Origin: an uncultured virus (IMG/VR IMGVR_UViG_3300028591_000016) | Lineage: Duplodnaviria; Heunggongvirae; Uroviricota; Caudoviricetes | Virus record (IMG/VR): IMGVR_UViG_3300028591_000016 | Strand: one strand, 5' to 3' | Length of the DNA stretch: 33,251 nucleotides | Shown: one piece after another, positions 27,039 through 33,251 of the stretch | Numbering within the stretch: position 1 is the stretch's first letter | How the letters are laid out: each line of letters opens with the position of its first letter | The notes under the pieces: model-generated | Seen by the model: the letters and a program-made list of their open reading frames with translations, nothing else | Told to the model about the DNA's origin: nothing | Database searches by the model: none | Translations under genes and position numbers: made by a program

Positions 27039-27172
27039 CCAAGGCGGAGAGGTTCGTCTGCGGACGCTGTCCCTGGGCCTGCGTCGTGCAAAGCGATAAA
27101 AGGCCCGACGTCCCTCCGCATACATGCCTGAACGGCAAGAGGCCGTTCTGGACGCACATAGGAGGCAGATGA
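27035..27172 (+). CDS. 45-aa cysteine-containing protein
   Basis: MTKAERFVCGRCPWAC...; ATGA-coupled at both ends; not in the ORF track. Confidence 0.55.
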   Translation: MTKAERFVCGRCPWACVVQSDKRPDVPPHTCLNGKRPFWTHIGGR

Positions 27173-27516
27173 TGACCGGAAAGAACATGCTGATATACGC
27201 TGCGGTGTTTGTCGCCGCGGCATCGCTCATAGGGACAGGCGTGTGGCTGCATGCCGCCGCCGTGAACGACGAGAACGACTCGACCGCTGCATCGGGCAGC
27301 GGGGGATCGGGCGGATGGACGGCCCCCAGCGAGGCCATCGCCAACCTGGAGAACCACGGCGGCTATATCTACACGGTAGGCGGCGGCTCGTACAGCATCG
27401 CTGTAAGCGACGTGGTGTCCCATTCGGACGGCACCATCATCGTCAAATCCCCCGGAGCGAACCGTGTCCTCTACTTCGCCGACTCCGAGATAGTCCTTAT
27501 CCAGAGCACATATTGA
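27169..27516 (+). CDS. Membrane-anchored/secreted small protein
   Basis: N-terminal hydrophobic helix, S/G linker, beta-rich C-terminal domain; GGAGG SD. Confidence 0.65.
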   Translation: MMTGKNMLIYAAVFVAAASLIGTGVWLHAAAVNDENDSTAASGSGGSGGWTAPSEAIANLENHGGYIYTVGGGSYSIAVSDVVSHSDGTIIVKSPGANRVLYFADSEIVLIQSTY

Positions 27517-27524
27517 GGACATGT

Positions 27525-27621
27525 CCGTCCCCACCCCCGCCGGTGCAAGACACCCGGAGAAAGAACAATGAGAGCTGAGTGTCGGCGGGGGCGGTCCACG
27601 GGGACGGGGTCCTTTCGGACC
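27525..27621 (-). ncRNA. Candidate ~97-nt structured ncRNA (or bidirectional terminator)
   Basis: Nested GC stems plus a GGTCC-GAAA-GGACC hairpin on the minus strand; TTTATAAA 25 bp upstream on the minus strand. Confidence 0.4.
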
Positions 27622-27666
27622 ATGATTGGTTAATCTATATTATTATTTATAAAGATTTAGGCCGTC

Positions 27667-28044
27667 TCACCAATATTGCTTCCTTCTCTTCTGTGCTATG
27701 AAGTGCTGAAGGTCGTCGTACAGCCGGTCGAGGTACGCGTCGATCTCCTCGTCGGGAAGGTCCTTGGGCATGGGCGGGAGGACGTAGCCCCACTGCACCC
27801 CTATATCGCCTATCTTGCCGCGGCGCTTCTTCTGCGCGGGGTTCAGACGGGACCTGGGCTGACGGTCCGCTATCGCCTGGTCGATGTCCGGCTTGGCAGG
27901 CTCCGGGGCGGGAGCGGGCTCGGGGGCGGGCTCCTGCCCGACCGTGAACGTCCTCTTGGGCGGGGGGACGAACCTCTGGTTCTCCGGGGTGTCCGGGTCC
28001 CCGACCCACATCCTCTCGACAGGTTCGGTGATGCCGGACATCAT
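27667..28044 (-). CDS. Hypothetical protein with PEPA-rich linker
   Basis: 125 aa; ATGA-coupled to the upstream minus-strand ORF. Confidence 0.65.
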   Translation of the reverse strand: MMSGITEPVERMWVGDPDTPENQRFVPPPKRTFTVGQEPAPEPAPAPEPAKPDIDQAIADRQPRSRLNPAQKKRRGKIGDIGVQWGYVLPPMPKDLPDEEIDAYLDRLYDDLQHFIAQKRRKQYW

Positions 28045-28526
28045 TCGCCTTCAAAATCTCCCTCAGAATCCGCGGCTCTCTCCTTGCCCTTCTCGACATC
28101 GGCGCGCAGATTATCCGCCTTCTCCTGCGACTCCTTCTCTGCCGTAGATTCTCCGAGGCGCTTTTCATTCGTCATATGGAACAAGTCCATCTCGTTAAAC
28201 AACTTCTGCTTCTCCATCTCCCTTGCCGCACTGAGCGCACCCATCTCATCCATGGTCCTCTCATTATCCGCAGGATACCATATGCCTGAGGTTCCGAGGT
28301 CCTTGAACTCATTGATATCTTTGAGACTGACGTTATTTTCCTGCATGAACTTGCTGATCAGTGCGAACAATGCGGCCCTGCTCGCGGCATCCCTGCCTTC
28401 GGGCAGCGGCTCCATCTTCTGGAACTTCTCGGTGTCGCTCTTGAGTATGCCTTCAGTCTCCCCGCTGTGCTGGGCTTTGTTGGCTGCGTCCCACTGCTTC
28501 ATGCGTGCGTCGATGTCGAATGTCAT
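28041..28526 (-). CDS. Acidic helical hypothetical protein
   Basis: 161 aa; TTTAAATAA box ~22 bp upstream on the minus strand (leaderless). Confidence 0.7.
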   Translation of the reverse strand: MTFDIDARMKQWDAANKAQHSGETEGILKSDTEKFQKMEPLPEGRDAASRAALFALISKFMQENNVSLKDINEFKDLGTSGIWYPADNERTMDEMGALSAAREMEKQKLFNEMDLFHMTNEKRLGESTAEKESQEKADNLRADVEKGKERAADSEGDFEGE

Positions 28527-28568
28527 GGTAGATAGAGGGGAGTGTGCTTATTTAAAGAGAGGGGATGA

Positions 28569-29231
28569 TCAGTCGAGCATGGCCTCGAGGAAGGACCTGA
28601 AGTACTCCGGCCCCATCCCCGGATGAATCTCCTGGAATCTCCTGTACGCCTCGTCCATGCGTCCCTCGTCCGCCAACTGGAGGATCTTCAGCTCCTCGTT
28701 CTCGACGTGCCCCTTCTCCTTGCGGTCGGAGTATCCCTCCTGACGCGCCTCGATCTCCCTGTCGATGTTGTATTGCACCTTATCCTCGGTGCCGTCGGCT
28801 ATGCGGCCTGCCTCCCTGGCCTCCTCCGCTTCGTCCGAATTGATCCCGGCGGTCCACGGGAACTCGGTGAGGTAGTCGAAACGCTGTCCGACCGGATACC
28901 TGGGGTTGAGAGTCCTCCCGATGATCGTGTTCCCTTTCGCTTCCTCGGGCGTGGGCCTGACCATCAGTCTCTCCGATCCGTCCTCCGTATAGTATCTCGT
29001 AGGAGGCAGGGTCAGCGCGTCCTCTATCTTATCGCCGGGCGCGAGCGTATAATCCTTATACGGCCAACGATTCTGATTGCTGGTGCTCTTCACCCCTTCC
29101 TTCTTTGCACTGACATCCCCAGTCGTGAACCCGTATATCACATCCTCCCTGGAAGGGGTATCCGGGAAGAACATACTCCCTCCTGTCTTTTCGAACCTTT
29201 CGCTCATGACCTTGTCGATGTCGTACGCCAT
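28569..29231 (-). CDS. Acidic hypothetical protein
   Basis: Start MAYDIDK at 29231; CTTATAAAT box ~22 bp upstream; N-terminus resembles MTFDID of the next ORF. Confidence 0.7.
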   Translation of the reverse strand: MAYDIDKVMSERFEKTGGSMFFPDTPSREDVIYGFTTGDVSAKKEGVKSTSNQNRWPYKDYTLAPGDKIEDALTLPPTRYYTEDGSERLMVRPTPEEAKGNTIIGRTLNPRYPVGQRFDYLTEFPWTAGINSDEAEEAREAGRIADGTEDKVQYNIDREIEARQEGYSDRKEKGHVENEELKILQLADEGRMDEAYRRFQEIHPGMGPEYFRSFLEAMLD

Positions 29232-29261
29232 GATGATAGAGGAAGATGCGGATTTATAAGT

Positions 29262-29350
29262 GTTCGGGCTTCGGAGTGTGCTTTGCCAGCACACACCGTC
29301 CCCCTCATATGCGCCTCCTGCTGCGCAGGAGTCGTTCGGGCTTCGGAGTG
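29262..29350. repeat. 17-bp direct repeat GTTCGGGCTTCGGAGTG x2 (29262-78, 29334-50)
   Basis: Exact copies 72 bp apart. Confidence 0.85.
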
Positions 29351-29623
29351 ATTATAGCCAGGCCGGGCTTGCAGGGCCCCGAAGCCCCCGGACCGACTTC
29401 AGAGGGATAACGACACGGAGGACGGCCCGGACATGAGGACTCCCTGCATAGGATGGGATGGCATGGGAAGATAAGAATGTTGGTATTGCGGGACACCGGG
29501 GGAACATGAGGGATACCCAAAACACGCGAAACGAACCCAGGCAGAGGCCCCCGATGCCCCTATGTCACTTACGACCCTCTGCTTGTATGACGGATGGACG
29601 GGAGAGGATATAATGGTTGCGAT

Positions 29624-29699
29624 ATGATATATCAGGTTCGGAGAGGGGACGGGATGGATGGCGGGAAGGGATTCCTTAAGACATGATATATCAGGTTCG
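29624..29699. repeat. 17-bp direct repeat ATGATATATCAGGTTCG x2 (29624-40, 29683-99); operator motif in reverse orientation
   Basis: 29681-96 is the exact reverse complement of 15045-60. Confidence 0.85.
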
Positions 29700-29799
29700 A
29701 AATTTGGGTTAGGGATTTTTGTCAGCCACACCCCGGGGTCCCTCCCCTCCCGGTCCGTGGCGCGGGGGCAAATGGGGGAAGAGCAAGTGAGGTAAACAC

Positions 29800-30054
29800 A
29801 TGGCATACGTCGTAATGAGATACCTGAACAGAGACAACAAGCCCGAGACCGATGCAGACGCGAGATGGGACAGATTCATCCTCATCAACTTCAGCATCAA
29901 AGAAGACGCAATCCTCTTCTGCAAAGCTGCGGCATTGAGAGATGAGGCAGTAGACCTGTACGAGAAGGTCTATGAGAACGGTGACTACTGCTATCACGAG
30001 ATCAGCAAAGAGACCTGGGAGCGCCTTGACGAAGAGGTCTTCGAGAGCGAATGA
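29800..30054 (+). CDS. Acidic hypothetical protein
   Basis: 84 aa; GTGAGGT SD. Confidence 0.7.
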   Translation: MAYVVMRYLNRDNKPETDADARWDRFILINFSIKEDAILFCKAAALRDEAVDLYEKVYENGDYCYHEISKETWERLDEEVFESE

Positions 30055-30134
30055 ATCACATTCAACCTTTTTCCTCAAACCACTTAACAACCCAACCCCG
30101 AGGGAAAGAGGGGAAGAAAAAACGAGGGATACAA

Positions 30135-30692
30135 ATGGCAATAACCATGATTAGACCTAAGCTTGAGAATGCGAACAAAGAACTCGTGTCCATCTACGAC
30201 GCGAACGGACACCTGTCTGCCGAGAACCTGCTCAAGAAGTGCGGATTCAAAGGAGAGGTCAGCGACGAACTTCAATCAGTCGTGGACACACTCAACAAGG
30301 GCACCAAGAACGGGACGATCACCTTCTACACCGATTCGCTCTTCGTAAAGGAGAACGTCGACGTGAAGACGGGACAGAAGACCGAGGTGCTGATTGCGTA
30401 CCCCTGCAAGGACGTAGTCAACGCGAACATCATGGTCGGCGGAATCCAGTGCATGAACGACATCGGGATCGCACTCGGGAACATTCCGTTCAAGGCAGGC
30501 ACGCACACCGCGAAGTTCTACATCGACGAGTTCAAGGCAGGAAGCTTCTTCGTCAAGTTCGACGAGGAGACGCAGGCATACGTAAGCACCGCCAAGACCG
30601 ATCCGCACTTCCTGATCTCGTGCCACACATGGGAGAACGCCAAGGGATACATCAACTTCCAGATCGACCAGATCGGAGCCAAGCTGAGGTAA
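30135..30692 (+). CDS. Hypothetical protein, probably highly expressed
   Basis: MAITMIRPKL start after GAGGGA; strong C-ending codon bias; followed by a terminator. Confidence 0.75.
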   Translation: MAITMIRPKLENANKELVSIYDANGHLSAENLLKKCGFKGEVSDELQSVVDTLNKGTKNGTITFYTDSLFVKENVDVKTGQKTEVLIAYPCKDVVNANIMVGGIQCMNDIGIALGNIPFKAGTHTAKFYIDEFKAGSFFVKFDEETQAYVSTAKTDPHFLISCHTWENAKGYINFQIDQIGAKLR

Positions 30693-30727
30693 ACCCAGAG
30701 CCGCGATCCTCGAGCAACCAAACCCAC

Positions 30728-30768
30728 GGGAAACCCCCTAGTCTCCTCTAGGGAGTTTCCCTTTTTTT
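30728..30768 (+). terminator. Hairpin plus T7 terminator
   Basis: GGGAAAC-C-CCCTAG-tctcct-CTAGGG-A-GTTTCCC-TTTTTTT. Confidence 0.8.
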
Positions 30769-31450
30769 ATGCTGACTATATGGTCTCTTTTCAACGACCC
30801 CCCGGGCGCCTCTTTGCCACGAGCCCCCTGCCCCCTGGCCCCTCCCCCACGCGGTACGTACGCCTTGGGACACACGCGGATCCATGAGCGAGCGAAGGAT
30901 GATGGCATGGTGATGAACGACGGATACGCAATGATCCCGGGTCGTATCGGGATACTGTTTCCTTCTGGAAAATGCGCCTTTTGGAGTCGGTTTGGGCTAA
31001 AATCGAGGTTTTTTGCAATCTCCCCTCCCTCCTCCCTCCCCCTCTCCCTGGTATTTAAAGTTATGGGTAGACACAGGGGGGTCTAAAATGTCTGAGATAA
31101 TACATCTGTGTTATTCGTATATGGTGTCTTTATTTCATACAGTTCTGTCTAAAAAAAAGTTCCTATATCCCCTTATTAAGTACCCCAAAGGTAAGATAGT
31201 ATATACTATAAACTCAACATTAAACATAGAGGTATATTACCATACTGATAGAATATCTAATGGATATGATGATATCTATGAAAATCATAACTAAGCAGTG
31301 TTAATGTGACACATAATAAACCCGGTTTCAGATAGGAAAAGTAGATAACCTTTTGTTCATAACTTCACTCAAGTCTAACCCGAACAAAAGGGAAGCCGGG
31401 TGTGGAAAACCCCTTACGAAACCACTTAGAACAACAACGGAGGCATTGAA

Positions 31451-31660
31451 ATGGTAACTGTACTATGCAGGCTTTGTGATCAGCTCTATGATCGCGATGA
31501 ATTGGTTCTTTGGAAGCACACGGAGATCGACGGCGGAAGCACATTCGACGTCTGTCCCCACTGTGCGGCAAAGGCGATAAGGCTCGGACTGAAGGACGAT
31601 TACAATACCGCAATCAAACTGGGTGAGGCGATCACGATGATTGATGACAAGGAGGACTGA
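31451..31660 (+). CDS. Small zinc-finger protein
   Basis: CRLC, CPHC; GGAGG SD. Confidence 0.65.
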   Translation: MVTVLCRLCDQLYDRDELVLWKHTEIDGGSTFDVCPHCAAKAIRLGLKDDYNTAIKLGEAITMIDDKED

Positions 31661-31662
31661 AC

Positions 31663-31881
31663 ATGGAAAGATATATTGAGATCGATGGAGAGAAGCACGT
31701 ATTCAAGGACTGCCACCACTGCCCCATGTACTACGAGGACAGTGAGAACGGAGGCATGGGCTGCATGCACCCGAAGGGCAGGACGATCTGGGCACTCTTC
31801 TATGAGTACCTTGATGAGAACGGCGACTGGATAGAGGGATGGTTCCCCGAGGGCTGTCCCGCACGTGAGGCAAAGGAGTGA
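31663..31881 (+). CDS. Small cysteine-rich protein
   Basis: CHHCP...C...PEGCP; AGGAGG SD. Confidence 0.65.
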   Translation: MERYIEIDGEKHVFKDCHHCPMYYEDSENGGMGCMHPKGRTIWALFYEYLDENGDWIEGWFPEGCPAREAKE

Positions 31882-31885
31882 TACT

Positions 31886-32086
31886 ATGTACACGGCATAC
31901 TACGACATGCATAAGGATAACTACGAGGTCATTGAGAATGAGTTCGAGATCTCTATGGATAAGAAGGTCAGATGCAGAGAGTGCGGATGGCATGGAGAGA
32001 TCAAGGACACCAAGATAAGGACAGTGAACGGAGAGCTTTCTGGTTTGGTCTGTCCCAGATGTCTTGGAGTGATAGAGGACGAGTGA
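31886..32086 (+). CDS. 66-aa zinc-ribbon protein (paralog A)
   Basis: CRECGWHG...VCPRC; GGAGTGA SD. Confidence 0.7.
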   Translation: MYTAYYDMHKDNYEVIENEFEISMDKKVRCRECGWHGEIKDTKIRTVNGELSGLVCPRCLGVIEDE

Positions 32087-32090
32087 TACC

Positions 32091-32291
32091 ATGGTGATGG
32101 ACATCGTGAAGATGAACGACGGACTGCTGACCGATATCGAGGACGACATGTACGTGCCGCCAGAGAAAGAGGTCTGGTGCACAGAGTGCGGATGGAAAGG
32201 CAAGGCGAAGGAGTGCGACGTGGTGCTCGGTGACGGTGAGTTCCTGGACATCGTGTGCCCATGCTGCCATTCATTCGTAGACTGGGAGTGA
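32091..32291 (+). CDS. 66-aa zinc-ribbon protein (paralog B)
   Basis: CTECGWKG...VCPCC; GAGTGA SD. Confidence 0.7.
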   Translation: MVMDIVKMNDGLLTDIEDDMYVPPEKEVWCTECGWKGKAKECDVVLGDGEFLDIVCPCCHSFVDWE

Positions 32292-32295
32292 TACA

Positions 32296-32991
32296 ATGGA
32301 AAGACTGATAGAAGATTATAAAGCAAAGAATTTCGGGCTGAATATAAAGGGAAACCTATACGCGATAAACCACGGACTGGACTTCAACGTATATCTGGAC
32401 ACCAGGCAGGCGCTCGGGGCGGAGAACCTCGTGAGCATCATCAGGATGCTCGACGAGAAAGGGCTGAACGATTGGGAGATCTACGGATGGTACGGCAACC
32501 AGGAGTTTGGAGAGGACTACAACGGAAGGATGGAGGACGGCACATCATTCTTCAACGAAGCATACTTCACCAACGGGGCGAAGATGGATTATCTCTGGAG
32601 GAACATGCCCTGTCTGAAGATACAGACGCGTTCTTCCGTCTACTATGGCCCTATGAGAGTCTGTCTCAGTGTGTCATCAGCTCCTTACGAGAGGGAGAAC
32701 ATCATGGATCCCATTGATTTTACTGACGTGGTCATAGACAATGAGAACGCATGGCTGTTCCCCGGATCGGGAGCATGCATCGTGGTGAAGAACGAGAAGT
32801 ACAGACACCAGGTGAACGAAACATATTCTGTCCCCCAAGTCCTCACATTCAAAATGCCACAGACATACTGCGTGAAGATAAGATATGCTGATGAGACGAA
32901 GGACAGCTGGGTGTTCATCCTACCTGATGATGTCAAAGACATGTACAAAAGACTTTCCGATATGATACTAAAGGAGATAGACAATGAGTGA
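32296..32991 (+). CDS. Hypothetical protein
   Basis: 231 aa; GGGAGTGA SD. Confidence 0.7.
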   Translation: MERLIEDYKAKNFGLNIKGNLYAINHGLDFNVYLDTRQALGAENLVSIIRMLDEKGLNDWEIYGWYGNQEFGEDYNGRMEDGTSFFNEAYFTNGAKMDYLWRNMPCLKIQTRSSVYYGPMRVCLSVSSAPYERENIMDPIDFTDVVIDNENAWLFPGSGACIVVKNEKYRHQVNETYSVPQVLTFKMPQTYCVKIRYADETKDSWVFILPDDVKDMYKRLSDMILKEIDNE

Positions 32992-33251
32992 CGTAATCGT
33001 AAGAAGAAGAAGGAATGACTCCGGGATCATCTCCGAGTGGGTGGTCATCAAGAAGAGTGACATCCATTCGGACATGGTCAGGATGTATTGGCTGGTGGAC
33101 ATATCAGTGGGCGTGATCATCGAGCCCTGGTTCAACGGGAGCCTCAACATAATCAAGGGAGCATACGAGATGGAAGAGACTGAAGAGACATTGAGAAAAT
33201 GTATCAATGAAGCAATGAGACAGACGATAAAAGAGATATTCGAGGAAGAGT
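32984..33251 (+). CDS. Hypothetical protein, 3'-truncated by the window end
   Basis: MSDVIVRRRRNDSG... open to the end; AAGGAG SD. Confidence 0.6.
   Translation, partial: MSDVIVRRRRNDSGIISEWVVIKKSDIHSDMVRMYWLVDISVGVIIEPWFNGSLNIIKGAYEMEETEETLRKCINEAMRQTIKEIFEEE

Noticed and set aside
27676..29351. Plus-strand ORFs of 316 and 242 aa
   Set aside because: Antisense shadows of minus-strand ORFs that have TATA boxes, coupling and normal composition
29262..29699. Possible CRISPR or mini-array
   Set aside because: Only two 17-bp copies of each repeat, wrong spacing, no cas genes
30769..31294. ORFs 30769-31086 and 31013-31294
   Set aside because: No SD, low-complexity or AT-rich composition unlike neighbouring genes; likely non-coding

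Overview
This 33-kb window reads as part of a tailed (Caudoviricetes-type) virus or provirus, most likely with an archaeal host. Evidence for that: GGAGGTGA-type Shine-Dalgarno sites, TTTATAAA/TTATATA boxes about 25 bp before apparently leaderless starts, and a G1-C72 tRNA-Pro. A Methanomassiliicoccales-like host is only a guess. Layout: (i) 1-14254, tail, baseplate and tail-fibre genes; (ii) a membrane-anchored transglutaminase-like protease; (iii) 15040-21322, a GC-rich counter-defence/metabolic island. The island holds two ACAGCAAAC hairpin RNAs with tRNA-arm mimics, a DUF2828 (TROVE/Ro60-like + vWA) gene, a DUF2829/Tad2-like signal sponge, a four-gene NAD+ cassette (nicotinamidase, PRS/Adps-like, NAMPT-fold with Ala at the Asp219 position, NadE) and tRNA-Gln/tRNA-Pro; (iv) 21386-27516, a ribbon-helix-helix regulator and about 20 coupled small ORFs, many with CxxC motifs, two of them Lar-like; (v) three minus-strand acidic ORFs, two long non-coding regions and further small ORFs. 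The best candidates for new biology are a deamidated (nicotinate/NaAD) NAD+-reconstitution pathway coupled to a Tad2-like sponge, and a DUF2828 ribonucleoprotein with Y-RNA-like tRNA-mimic RNAs. All family calls come from recognising motifs by eye; no searches were run.
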